This document shows, piece after piece, positions 46,739-59,070 of a stretch of 64,000 nt of DNA (positions within the stretch are counted from its first letter, which is position 1; each line of letters starts with the position of its first letter). A program made the translations under genes and the position numbers. The DNA comes from Sporopachydermia quercuum (taxonomy: Eukaryota). The stretch is from positions 558,001 to 622,000 of the forward strand of contig BCGN01000006.1 of the NCBI GenBank assembly GCA_001599295.1. The letters run 5' to 3'. The notes beneath the pieces were generated by a model. That model saw only the letters and a program-made list of their open reading frames with translations, was not told where the DNA came from and did no database searches.

Positions 46739-48967
46739 TTATAGATCCAATTTCAACCAATCCCACTGTGAAGCATCATTAAAAGTTTCCTTATTACCAT
46801 TTTTTTTCTTCATATTCATGGCTGGCATCTTCATTTCATGCTCTTGTTTGTTCCAAGCACTGAAATGATCAGTTGAAACAAAATCCATCTCCCCATCTAA
46901 ACTCAATCCAAAATCAGCTGATCGGCTATCAGATCTAGGGATAGTTTGATTCACTTTAGAATGAGAATTATTTACTTGTTCCTTCAGTTTTTCAATTGTT
47001 TGATTACTTAGAGATCTCTTCCGATCCGGTACTTCTATACCATCTATTTCTTCTGGCGAGTGATCCTTTTGCATTGTTTCCGAAACCGATTCCGTTCGTG
47101 AACCTGTCTCCGGATTCTTTTCCTTCTCAAGGGAAAGAGTTAATAAGGAGATAGGCTTCCTACTTTCCGGTGAAGCTCGGCTTCTTGACCCGTGCTTACT
47201 TGATTGTCTATTCTTTGTATTGCGTTTCTTGATCACATCTGTTTTCAGGCTGAGAGGTCGGGTGGTTCCATGCAATTTCTTGAATAAACCGCAAGCATTA
47301 CATAAGGAGTTGCCTTGGCTATCTCTTCTCCATAAAGGAGTGTTTCTAGTTTTACAATTCGAACATTCAGTTATTCCGGAAGATCCGTTGCCTTTCCCAG
47401 GTTTTGTTCCATATTGATATCCCATTGGCACACTTCTCGGTTGTCCATAGGCCAATATAGCTGTTGAGGCTGAATGACTAGGCAAAAATCCGCCATGCAT
47501 AGGAATGCCTGGTACCCCAGGCATACCAGTGGGGATAGCTTGAGGAACGCCAGCTGCTCTCATCCGATGTAAATGAGTTTGATCGTAATAGCCATAAGGT
47601 GGTGCCATAGGAACAGGCATTGGAACTCCTGACATTTGAATGTAGACTTCTGGGTTATTCACTGAAGGAACAGAATGGCCCATACCGTATTGTACAGGTA
47701 GGAACCCTTGAGGTGTTTGACCCATCATTTGAGGCTGCATTTGATGAGAAGGCATAAAACCAGGAAAGTTTGGTGATTGATGTGGCATAGAGTTTGGTGC
47801 CGAATTTGGTACATTATTTGGTACACTATTTGGTGCACTGCTAGGAACATTGTTAGGAACGCTGTTAGGCACGCTGTTTGGTATACTATTCCGCATATTA
47901 TTATGAACAGAGTTCTGGGCAGAATTATGTAAAGAATTAGGAGAGTCTGCAGTGGCCGGTACGTCAATGACTTGTAAATTGGATTGCGAGCCAGGCTGAG
48001 AATGAGGATAAATACCACGTTTCATTTGATGCTCACGGACTAAAGACTCTGACATGGGTGAAGAAAACATGGGCAATGCCGCAGTAGACTTGCTTCCTTT
48101 GATTCTTGCTGAGGGTCTTATTCGTTTATGTTCCTGTCCTTGCCGGGTATTTGTAGAATCAGAAAAGTCCAAGAAATCAGACATATCATCTTCATGACGG
48201 CTATTAGGAACACTTGTTCGAGGGAAAGAATCAGTTGCAGAGGATTGAAAATCGAAATCAACATATTCAGAAGAAATTCCAGAAAATACAGGATCTGAGG
48301 ATAATAGCTGGTCCATTATATCTTCTGATTCTTGTGGAGAATCTTGTGGTGTGAATGTTAGTCGGTCTTCGGGTATTGTGCCTAAGGAATCCTGTAATAA
48401 AGTGTCTGTTGCCTTGGAAAACGCAGCAAACGATTGGACTGGAGAATCTGTCATTGATAACGGTGTAACTATTGAAGAGGCAGCTTGCTGTTGTTGTTGT
48501 GAAAAGCTTCCGTAAGATTCAGAACTATGACTATTGTTGGTCCCCTGACTAGAACCGTACCCTGATGCTTTTGGTACAGGTTGAGGAGAGTTTGATGTTG
48601 AAGGAGAAAGTAGTCCGAGATCTGTGTTCATAGAATCGGGGTTATTATGAAGTCCACCAGTCTTTGGTTGAAGCCCCTTGCTTTTAGGTGAATCACTTGT
48701 ATAATTACGATTTCGTCTATTAGAAGAGACGTTATTACCAGATCTTGCAGTTCCACTTCGCCCTGAGATTCTCCAAGAGATATTCTCTATCCTTGGTTGT
48801 AAAGCTAAGGATTTCTTAGCTGCTGAATAGATATCCCAAAGTTTTGGTCCGTTTGCAAAGATTTCTGGTTCGGTTATTGTATTGGTCTCTCTTGTCACAC
48901 CATGGGTTGAATTTGAAAAAGACCCTTGTGGTGGTCCGCCCTGGTGATACCGAGGGCCAAAACTCAT
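46739..48967 (-). CDS. GATA-type nitrogen regulatory activator (AreA/Gat1/Gln3 class)
   Basis: C-x2-C-x17-C-x2-C finger [28 protein letters not shown] followed by [14 protein letters not shown]-terminal LWDIY..AK...RIENISWR; C-terminal WDWLKLDL. Confidence 0.92.
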   Translation of the reverse strand: MSFGPRYHQGGPPQGSFSNSTHGVTRETNTITEPEIFANGPKLWDIYSAAKKSLALQPRIENISWRISGRSGTARSGNNVSSNRRNRNYTSDSPKSKGLQPKTGGLHNNPDSMNTDLGLLSPSTSNSPQPVPKASGYGSSQGTNNSHSSESYGSFSQQQQQAASSIVTPLSMTDSPVQSFAAFSKATDTLLQDSLGTIPEDRLTFTPQDSPQESEDIMDQLLSSDPVFSGISSEYVDFDFQSSATDSFPRTSVPNSRHEDDMSDFLDFSDSTNTRQGQEHKRIRPSARIKGSKSTAALPMFSSPMSESLVREHQMKRGIYPHSQPGSQSNLQVIDVPATADSPNSLHNSAQNSVHNNMRNSIPNSVPNSVPNNVPSSAPNSVPNNVPNSAPNSMPHQSPNFPGFMPSHQMQPQMMGQTPQGFLPVQYGMGHSVPSVNNPEVYIQMSGVPMPVPMAPPYGYYDQTHLHRMRAAGVPQAIPTGMPGVPGIPMHGGFLPSHSASTAILAYGQPRSVPMGYQYGTKPGKGNGSSGITECSNCKTRNTPLWRRDSQGNSLCNACGLFKKLHGTTRPLSLKTDVIKKRNTKNRQSSKHGSRSRASPESRKPISLLTLSLEKEKNPETGSRTESVSETMQKDHSPEEIDGIEVPDRKRSLSNQTIEKLKEQVNNSHSKVNQTIPRSDSRSADFGLSLDGEMDFVSTDHFSAWNKQEHEMKMPAMNMKKKNGNKETFNDASQWDWLKLDL
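47783..47938 (-). repeat. In-frame 12-bp degenerate minisatellite, 13 units, encoding N-S-(V/A)-P-like tetrapeptides in the GATA factor
   Basis: [52 protein letters not shown]. Confidence 0.85.
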
Positions 48968-51900
48968 TTCCTGTACACTGGCTATGATCTTTTAGTAACC
49001 TTAAGGCTAACTATTTCTACCAAAAGGTGACTTAGTGATTATTCTCTTACTTCTCTACCAATTCTTGATCTTGACTATGAGCTTCTACAAGATGATCAGT
49101 GTATGCATCGATCGAATGTTGGTTTCTGGCAGGTCAAAAAGACTGAATGATAAGAAAAATGATTAGTGTGAGAGTCAGTCTGGTTGTTCTACTAGTTCTT
49201 GAGGTATGAGGACAATGTGGTGATAGAAAAGAGCGAAGAAGTGCTTTCAGGGAAGCTATTTGTGCTCTGAAAAAGGGTCTGTATAGAATTCGGGTTAATT
49301 AAAGAGCCGAGAAAAAATAACCGCTTTTTGATGGATAGAAGCTGTCGAGGTGTACTGCAATAAGGTATGTAAAAAACTATCCAAGGGTGTTTAATATGCA
49401 TAAGTTGTGTATGGAAACCGAAGACTGAGAGACGTTAGAATGAAATGAATAAAAGAAGGTGAAGAGAGTGAAGAGGAAATGTTAATAGAATGGAGCAAGG
49501 TTTCGAAAAGGGTCTGCTATACTACGTAAAGGAACATATTGAGTGTAAATAATAATTTGTGTCAGTAGAAAAAACGGATGTTTGGGTGATATACAGTTAG
49601 AGGGTCTATTGTAACATCTTCAGGAAGTGGGTCTGAGGGATATGGACAGGCTGATGATATATAGAAGGAAGCAAGGAGTAGTTATACGTCAAAATGGAAT
49701 TGGGATGAATATATGAATTGAGCTTGTTCGGTTTGAAGAGTTAAAGTAATCTACTAGCCTTGTTCTCTTTCTTTCACATTTGTAGGAAACTTATCATGGT
49801 TAATAGTATCATTTATAATGCACAGTGTCATATTATATATGGTGATCTGTGATTTCTTATTGATATAACACTAAGAACGGGTGTGAATGATCATAAGGGT
49901 CTAGCTAAAAAGTATAGCCAAAAAAACTGCATGTGATTTGTTATTGTATTGAGTACTAATCGAGTCAACTATGAACTAGGTTCAAATATCATTCTCTACA
50001 ATTGGGACCTACATTAATTCATTTCTGCTGCTATTTTCTAGCTGAAAAAAAAATTTCAGCAGAATTCTTGTTCTTGGTTTCACATTTTCATGAAGGCTAC
50101 GTTGTTCTAACCTTTTCATGCATATTAAAATTATTATTATAAGCTTCCATTTCAGCAAGAATAGTTTTGAGTTTAAAGTAAAGTTTAAAATTTTTGTAAT
50201 TGAAAACATTTTCTACTAATTAAAAACAGAGTGCTAAAACTTAGGTGAAATGTTATTTACAGTTTAATAGAAAAGACTCCTAGACCCTCCATTTGATGAT
50301 TGAACCCTTCAAATTGAAACACTGACAAAATACCATTCCTCTAGTTATTTATTTAAGGTTAATTCATAATATAATTCTCAAATAGTTAGTTATGTTGAAC
50401 AAATTCTTCCGGAGATATCTTGTGCAAACTGGTCTTAAGTCTTCACTAATCGTTACTCTTCTTGATTTTACTAAGTTAAACCACTCGCCCGAACTAGATT
50501 CTCTCACTCGAAAAGTTAAACCTTAATTGATACTAATTTTTTGAGATTCCTAAAGGGTTAATTTCTCTTTGATGGTTCCTGGACAGAAGTGGATTGACAC
50601 CGTCCTCTACTTGCCTAGTACTACTATTTGTTATTCGTAATGGTACTTTGAGAGTACCAATTCTGTACCGTGAAGAAGCTATACTAGTCTAAGGTAGATT
50701 CACTCATGCAATAACTCTTGTGAAAATTTCTAAAGCTGTGAGTTTGGTTCTAGTAATGCATCTCCAAAGTATACAACTGATGTCTATCAAACAGCAATTG
50801 ATAGACTATGCTCTCTTCTGATTCCTACGCTCCTCATTGACCAGTTGTAGCAAATAGAATTTCATTGCAAACTTTATAGCAAACTGTTCAATGTATAAAT
50901 CATTATGTATAGAAACTCGAACTAAATCATTTTCTGGGGTGAATACATTCAATCGACTGCCGATTGTCAAGATTTAGAGGAACTATCAATTCAGTTCCTA
51001 TAGTTCTAATCTGTATTAATTGAATGTCTTGAATCGCTTTAGTTGATCATTCTCGCATAAAAAATTTACTCCAATATGTAGTAACGCTATTTAGATCCTT
51101 CCTTCAGTGATACGATCTGATTAAACTTCCTCAAGACTCAACTCGGCTTTAAAGTAGATTGATTATGCGATATAAAATATATCATCACTTCTAGGACGCA
51201 AGTGTCTTTATAGGGAATGTTACCATAATAAAGTTCTTTTACATTTCTTGCTTCTCAGGTTAATGTACATCAATTGTCAACCACATAAGCATACGTATTT
51301 ATTCTAAAGGATTATATGTTATAACGAAAAAATTAGTTCTTCCTTTCACTGTTTTCCTTGGAGTCCTTTGATTATATGGAGAAGAAAAAGATTCCCTTGA
51401 TGGAAGACACAGGTTCAATGAAGGAAGGGCATTGAGGGGATTCTTGGTTTGGTGGTTTGTGTTGTTTTAGCTGATATAGAAGGGACTCTTGGTTCTTTGC
51501 CGAATGCAGGCAAACTGAATATTCTACCAAACTAATGCCTTATCCATATTCTTATTTCTGAAAGCACTTGTGGTTATTATAGTTATGTCAGCTCTCTGAG
51601 TATACTAGCATCTAATAATCAGAAGATCTTTTCAAGAATTCGAGCAATGGTTCAAGCCGTTCCTATGGGACGCAATGCACCTCTCTTCTCTATTGAGATT
51701 ATGAGGCATTATTTATGTTTGGTTTCTAAAGCCACAAAGTGAAGCAAACAATAAATAAAATGTAGTTGAATGACCGAAAAAGAATTCTTTGTTCGTTTGG
51801 CATTGTGTGATGCTTTTCATCAAGGAGGAATCCACTTTTAGTTCAAGACTTAGTGATGGCTTTACTGGTAAATTACTAGCTGAACTGCCCTCAATTTTTA

Positions 51901-54831
51901 GTAATAATTATCCTTGTAAGTTTTTCTTCTCAACGAATGAATTGTATTAGGAAAAAAATAAATTTATTGAGAGACCCTTCAGAGAAGGAGGTTACTGGAA
52001 ATAAAGTTAGAATAAATTCAGATATCAAACTTTATTGCTATACAAAAATAATAAATTAACATTCTATTTTCAGTGCTTGGGTGGAATTTCATATGGAGTA
52101 ACAAACTGAATGAGTATCGGTAACCGTCTAGAACCTTAATCCTCAATAATAAACTTAAGAGAAATGAATAATGGGATTCTCAGTCAGAAGAATACTCAAT
52201 GGAAAGTAAGTATGGCAGTAATTCAAGGGAAAGGAACAAAGGACACGACAATGAAGAGATCTATAAGTTTTTGTGCAGAATTAAGTACGGTTGAATGAAA
52301 GCAGTGTTCTTTCCAACAGATAATGAATTTTTCTCTTTTTAGGAGAATGTTAGATTCATAAGGGATCAATTGGATTAAATTCGAAGAAACAAAGAAAGAG
52401 ATAACACTTACCATTCATATGCAATTGAATATTTTTGTATGAAAAGAGTAGGAGTTAATTTTTACCAATATTATGAATATCGAGTGTTTTTTTCGAAGCT
52501 TCGTTAGTAATCTGCATTACTATGCTTTGGGATGTCAGTAGTTTTTCCAGGTATCGATTGAATAATTTGATGAATTGACTTACCACATTTGTCATTTTTA
52601 AGAGAAGCCAAGAAAATGGGATCAGTCCCAGATTTTAGCTCATCAAATTGACGCAGGGATTTCAATGATGAGCTTTGATGGAGAGATGACACGTCTAATA
52701 TTTCATGGTATTCTCATTATGGGACTAAAATATTGGTTGGTTGAGTAGCTGAAGTTCTAAAATCGTATAAGATACTTGAAACATTATTTCATAAGAAATA
52801 GTAATGAGTATGTAGCACAGGTAGGAGGTAGTTGGAACAGCTTGAGTAGCATACTTTGGTCTATGTAGATCTACTATACTAGCGTCCTTGTAATTTATTT
52901 AAATATTCAATTGATCTTCAATGGATAAAGAAAGTCAGGGATAAAGTAATGGGTAGAGTTTTATTGCTTATAACCTGAGTTCTCTACGTTTGACTTCAAT
53001 AAGTAAAGAAGCTCTTCTGATCCTCTTACTTTAAATTAGGGTTTCAAATTAACTTCTAGTCTTGAACCATCAATTAAAAAAATTGAATGTTAATTCTTAC
53101 TGGATATTTGAATACAATGCAAATCCCGTTTTGAAAAATATACATGACCATATTAGACAGTTAAACGTTGAACATAACTTTATACGAGGGTCTTGAAGCA
53201 TAAATCAAAACCCGACTTCACTACATACCCGAAGAAGTTTCTCATTCTACTTAAATATCGTTTCACATTGTGTTATGGATAGGAGAAAGGAGAAGGATGC
53301 AAAGCACATCGTAAAACGGGAACTTAAGAAGATTTCAGTGATGAGGTTTTCTTGTTTATTTTCATTTATGACCTACATTTAATGTTTCCAATTTGGTGAC
53401 TGTACACAAGCTCTACGACTCGATAAAGTTGAAGGATGAAGCAAATTTCTTTCTTTTCTCCTTCTCCCTCCAATAATCGTACCACCTTTTCCAAGAGATA
53501 AAAGAAAGTAAGAACAATTTAGTATGATCGTTCCATCAAAGTCTATTGTGCGAATAACTATCAGAACGGGTAAATACTTACTCAGTAATTATATTCACAG
53601 TAGAATGTAGCGCATCTGCCGAAGCTTTATAATCAACTACTTGATGATATTTCCGAGATTTACTAGATGGGTACAGTTTCATCGGACTTAACTATCTAAT
53701 CGAAACAATTACAGGAGTAAGAAACCTTTAGAAACCTTTAAACGTTAGACATTAAAAAGGCTGATTCCATTGTTCCGAACTAAGCAACAGATAGAGGATA
53801 TTACACCTCATTTGAGACACACTCTCCATTGTCTTACAGTAATTTCTACAAGCATCTTATCACGTTACATTTCCATTCTGGCTATGTAGACTGGAGGCAT
53901 GATAAGAAAGCGCTAANCTTAATTAAAATGATAGATCGGTTGGCTTTTTAGTTTATACGCTCATTTGCAGTTTCGTTGTTAGAACAATGGAGACTGCTTT
54001 GAATAAAACTGCTCACATAAGGTTGAATACAATATAACTTTAATTTCTTCTATGCATATTAGTACATCGCTAGTTGTCGATGAATGGTTGCAAAGCAATG
54101 TCAATCATACTAACATGATACAAGATTTCAATATGAAAAAGCAAGTGCCAAATAATAGGTAAACAGTTGAAATAGTTCTGGTATTTTTCAATGTATACTA
54201 TGGGGCATTTTAGATATTTACTTGTAGGACCAGCAAAAATGGTCCCATATTAAGTTCAGTCATTGATAAATTTCGACAAACTTCAATCCACCCTCAACCA
54301 TCAAGAATGGTAATTTGTTCACTATACAATTAATAGATCAGACAGAAGACCTCTGTAATCCTTATTTCTTCCTTCCTCTCATTTATCTGCCGCTGCTCTT
54401 CAATCTATAAATGTTTACACATCTAAGCATTTAAACTTAATACTTTAAACCTGAGCCTTAAATACAAAGAACATCACATCTCCTTCCATATTTCTTTTTT
54501 TGTTACCTGTTTATTTTCAGATCAGCACGAAGATTGAAAGAGTTTGTATTGTTACTACCGCTACTTATTAATTTGCCTATAGCCGTATACAATCAATAAT
54601 GAAGATATCGACTCAACCATGATCAGAACCGATTTCACGTATAACTTTGCGAAAATCGTATATGACGATCAACAGGAGTCTAGTTTGGTGGTTCAACGAT
54701 AAGCTAACACTATTCTCAGAGGAATAGTTAGACATCAATACAGCTCATTCGAGAAGCCATCACTAATAAATATACTATAAATTTACTCAAAGGCATTGCA
54801 TTTAACTTAACGTCATCATTGATACGACAAA

Positions 54832-55785
54832 ATGAGATACGTTGTCTTTCACTTAGCGAAAGTCGTTAATCTGCTTTTGTTTCTTTTGTTTTCTTCTGTA
54901 GTTCAAGCTGTTGGTTTTTATAACAAGAACTCAAAAGTTCTGAATCTCAATGCTCAAAACTTCAAATCACAAGTTATCAATACGAACTATACCTCAGTGG
55001 TAGAATTTTATGCTCCTTGGTGTGGCCATTGTCAAAACTTGGCTCCACACTATTCAAAGACAGCCGAAAAACTAAATGGGCTAGTTAAAGTCGGAGCTGT
55101 TAACTGTGATGAGGAAATCAACAAACCACTTTGCGCTGAGTACCAAGTCAAAGGATTTCCTACAATCAAGCTATTCAAACCACCAAAGCCGGGTGCAAGT
55201 AAATCCAAATCAGGAACTGCNAGAGTGCCTATTGTGGAAACATATAATGGAGGACGAACAAGTGGGGAAATTACACAGTATGCCCTTGGTGCTATCAAGA
55301 ATAATGTGAAAAGGCTCTCAAGCCTCAAATCACTCACTTCTTGGGTTGGTACGAAACCTGATAGACCAAAAGCTCTATACATAACTAGGAAGCTTCATAC
55401 AAGTCCTTTACTGAAAACATTGGCGATAGATTATCTGGATGTCGTGGAATTTGCTACTATCACTAGGAAAGCTCTACTGAACATTCCCCAGATCGAAAGT
55501 ATATTAGGCACAGCTGATCCTGATGCATCTCAATTAATAATTTTGAAGCCTGGAGTGTTAGATTTGTTAACCGATCCAACAAATACTTATACCGAACAGT
55601 TGAAGACTTATATAAATATATATGAAGGAGAAATTACAAAAAATGGTGTATCTGAGTTTTTAAAAGATATAGCTAAGCCCAGCAACAACATTTTTGCCAC
55701 GAAAACAAAAAAGGCCAGGAGAAAATACAAAGAAAGCAAAATCTATACTACTGGAGGACCAGAAGCAAAACATGATGAATTATAA
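54832..55785 (+). CDS. MPD1: Protein disulfide isomerase Mpd1
   Basis: Signal peptide, single EFYAPWCGHC site, VNCDEE.NK.LC, VKGFPTIK, C-terminal HDEL, 317 aa. Confidence 0.9.
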   Translation: MRYVVFHLAKVVNLLLFLLFSSVVQAVGFYNKNSKVLNLNAQNFKSQVINTNYTSVVEFYAPWCGHCQNLAPHYSKTAEKLNGLVKVGAVNCDEEINKPLCAEYQVKGFPTIKLFKPPKPGASKSKSGTXRVPIVETYNGGRTSGEITQYALGAIKNNVKRLSSLKSLTSWVGTKPDRPKALYITRKLHTSPLLKTLAIDYLDVVEFATITRKALLNIPQIESILGTADPDASQLIILKPGVLDLLTDPTNTYTEQLKTYINIYEGEITKNGVSEFLKDIAKPSNNIFATKTKKARRKYKESKIYTTGGPEAKHDEL

Positions 55786-56482
55786 TATAATGTTTATTGA
55801 AAAAGAGTTCTCTTATAGTCAATGAGAATTAAAACATGAATATGAGATGAACATTGGTAAATGTAGTTGATGCATAAGTGTACTCAATCAATTCGATTGC
55901 TAGAGAATAGGTACATTAGGATCATGGTGAAAACAATAACTGAACAGTAATTAATTAAACCAATATTCATTCTTGGTGCCTTGGGCCATAAGCCGATTCT
56001 AACTGTTTTCTTCCCCTTCATAGATATTTCTTTTCTATTTTTGGCTTACGTTATCACAATTAATTCTGAGTAAAAAGCACTGAATTATAATCAATTATCA
56101 TAGACAAGCACCTCATGCCATAAATGATATTAATAAAAATTGTGTAAAAAAAGCAATCACTCAAACGATGACTTTTCTCTTTATTCATCCAGGTCCATTT
56201 TACAGTACTTGACCAGATCCAAATTGTTCGGGGAATCTTACTGTAAGCTAAAGAAAGTCTTTGGATCTCTTCTATCTATTCCAAGTTGTTCATATTTTGA
56301 CTCTATTGAAGCTAATGAATTAAAATTGAATATTCTATCAAGTTTTCTTCTTCTTTTCTTAACTTTCTTATCGTCTCTGAACTGTTAATAAATAATAATA
56401 ATGCTCTTTTCTACCAACTATTGGTACCCATAAACTTCGGAAAAAATAATCTATCTAATGATTTCCGAAATATTCTCTACTC

Positions 56483-56490
56483 CCGGGTAA
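56483..56490. promoter_or_regulatory. Reb1-type site (CCGGGTAA), about 205 bp upstream of MRPL44
   Basis: Exact consensus match at a typical promoter distance. Confidence 0.55.
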
Positions 56491-56695
56491 CTAACTACTT
56501 TTATTGTACCAAAACTATCATTGGTTTTTACTTGCAAATCTCAAAGCAAAATGCTGTGCGAGGTCTGACATAGAACGAAACTTTGAATTATATAACTAAT
56601 GCCGATGTGATACAGTTTTGTAGCTATAAATCAAAAAAAAAACTTAGATTGTTTGCTCATCTTTCAATTCTTTGGTAACTAGAGGTGCATTCACA

Positions 56696-57231
56696 ATGAT
56701 CACGAAGTACTTGACTAAAGTGCATGTGGCATTCAGACCACTCACCAGAGAGAGTAAGTAAGAAAATGAGACTGGTAGAGAAATTCGTACGAAACAAATA
56801 TATTTGGTTACAATATGTTGGAGATTTAATTAAAGAAGAAATATGTTTCAGGGAAGCAAATCGTACGAATATTAACTAGTAACCAAGGCAAGGTCGCAAG
56901 ATCAATTCTAGCAACTGTTCCACCATCTCTTCGTGCACAATGCAAAGTGTCTCATAAGGTTCTTCCTAGTGATTCAACGGAAAAGTCACAAGTTTCAATA
57001 ACATTCAGTAAGTTTATTAGTTGATAATATGACCAGTATATTAATGTGCTATTATTGGGTTGGTGATAAAGCTTCAGAGAAGTTTGTATGGTAGAAGGAA
57101 TGCTAACACTATGTATAGACGACGGATACAATTATAGTGTCGATCCTTCTGAGACCACTATTATTGATATTAATGAAGCCTGCAATTCTCATTCAAGAAA
57201 GCTAAAAATCAAAGAACAATTGGAAAGTTGA
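56696..57231 (+). CDS. MRPL44: Mitochondrial ribosomal protein mL53 (Mrpl44), 96 aa; exons 56696-56753, 56888-57007, 57119-57231
   Basis: Absent from the ORF track. Spliced product MITKYLTKVHVAFRPLTRESKVARSILATVPPSLR...VDPS...NSHSRKLKIKEQLES matches the Mrpl44 pattern. Both introns start GTAAGT; exon lengths sum to 291 nt. Confidence 0.92.
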
Positions 57232-57774
57232 TCGATGTCAGATTGTTCAACCTATTTCTCCTATGTACATATATATATCTTCTATGCATTGATTTGTCAA
57301 TAAATACGATGATACACTTACTGTTGTGTTTACATGATAATCTACCACCTAACAGTGCGTCAGAAAATTATATCAATTCTATATAGCTCTAACGGCAAGT
57401 TAAACCGTTGAAGCAATAATCGGGACTTAATATTGGTGAACTAATGAATCTTATCAAGGCTTGAACCACTGACCAATTCAGGATATAACTGTACTGTAGA
57501 TTCTGATATTGACCTGCTATCACACTTGAAAAACAGTATCTTCAATACATACAAATTCCAAAATTCTATAATCCTTCTTGTTTTATCCCTTCTGTCATTG
57601 AGACAATTCTCTTTGGTATCAAGTAGCTCATATTTTATTTCAGTCTCTCAGCTCTTGACATCAAGTCTCACTTGCACCTAAAACTATGTCCAATACATAC
57701 ATAATCATGCATAATCACGCATACAATATACATGTACATATCAGTCTTAAATCGCTTACACATCACATTCAACA

Positions 57775-57793
57775 TGAAAAAAAATTTGATGAA
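57775..57793 (+). promoter_or_regulatory. RRPE-like element with an adjacent PAC-like word upstream of RRP36
   Basis: TGAAAAAAAATTT followed by GATGAA (one mismatch to the PAC core GATGAG), about 100 bp upstream of a ribosome-biogenesis gene. Confidence 0.5.
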
Positions 57794-57887
57794 CAGAGAA
57801 GAATAGCGATTGTGGCATGCATATTATAATGAACACCTATTCAGTATCGCAAGCGGAAACATTATACAGCCATTAGAGGAAGTGAAA

Positions 57888-59070
57888 ATGGGTAGAGAAA
57901 GACGTAAAATTGATCCTGCTGAAGATGAAAGGGAACGAAGGTTGACTGAAAAGCTGAACAGAAGAGTGAAAGTTAGTTCAAGATACGACTCAGAGATTAG
58001 CGATGATGAGTTGGATGTTGATGATGCTATAAGTGAAGCAGAGGATCGTAAGTCTTTTTTTTTTTATATTACTTTCATGGTTTTGATTTTTTTTGCAATA
58101 TTGCTGATGGTACTAACGGAACAACTTCAGCGTATGGATCAATTTCTTTTGGTACCCTATCACGGGCACATGACGAATTAGTTGCTGACAAGTCATCAAA
58201 GAAGAAGGAAAAGAACGATAAACCAGGTAAAGAAAAAGCAAGCGGGAATGTTAGATTAATAGCTAATCAAAATCAGAAAGCTGATAATACAAATAGGCCA
58301 AGGAATGATGCGGATTCAGAATCAGTCTCAGAATCAGATTTCTTTGACGAAGACTCAAACTCAGACTCAGATTCAGGTCCGGAAGAAGCTTCAAGCAGTA
58401 ATGACAGAAGGCGAGGAAAACATGCACCAGCCGAGTCTTCGGCTCGCAAGAGGGTCTCTGTAATAAGAGAGATCCCAGGTTTAGAAGTTTCAGCTCGCTA
58501 TAAAAGCTTATACCAAGATATACGATTTGATACTGCTTATGGTAAAGCTGATTTCGACAAAGCGCGTAAAGACTACCATTTTTTAGACCAATATAGAGAA
58601 GAAGAATTAAACCGAATGCGAAAAGAAGTAGCTATTATGGAGAAAAGGAAAATGCATTTATATGGAACCACTGATGTGGAAGATGGCAAAGATCTTTTAG
58701 AGTTGAAACAGCAGATTAGACGACTGGAAAGTCAGTTGAAAGCATTGAAGCAGAAAGATTTCCAGAATAATGTGATACAAGAGAAAAAGAGGGAAGAGAG
58801 AAAGAAGGTAGAACAAGGAAAAACACCATATTTTCTTAAGAAATGTAAGTATTCGATCTCCGAAGTTCTATCGGCTTATTACGTGAAATTGCCAATTAGA
58901 TACTATTTAGTACGATGTTTGATTNCTGACAAGAAATTATAGCTGCCATGCGTGAATATGTCAACACTGAAAGATTTAAGACCCTTAAGAAGAACCAAGT
59001 CGATAAAATCATTACTAGGAAAAGAAAAAAGAATTTGGCCAAAGAAAGGAAAGGGTTGCCCTTTCTTTGA
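57888..59070 (+). CDS. RRP36: rRNA biogenesis protein Rrp36, 333 aa; exons 57888-58047, 58131-58844, 58943-59070
   Basis: Spliced frame gives ISFGTL, KHAPAESSARKRVSVIREIPGL, YQDIRFD, YHFLDQYREEEL, PYFLKKS, RKRKKNLAKERK. Introns are GTAAGT..TACTAAC..CAG and GTAAGT..TNCTGAC..TAG. Confidence 0.92.

Noticed and set aside
57810..58181. 123-aa ORF with a transmembrane-like segment
   Set aside because: It is RRP36 exon 1 read into the T-rich intron 1; the hydrophobic run is a by-product of intron composition.
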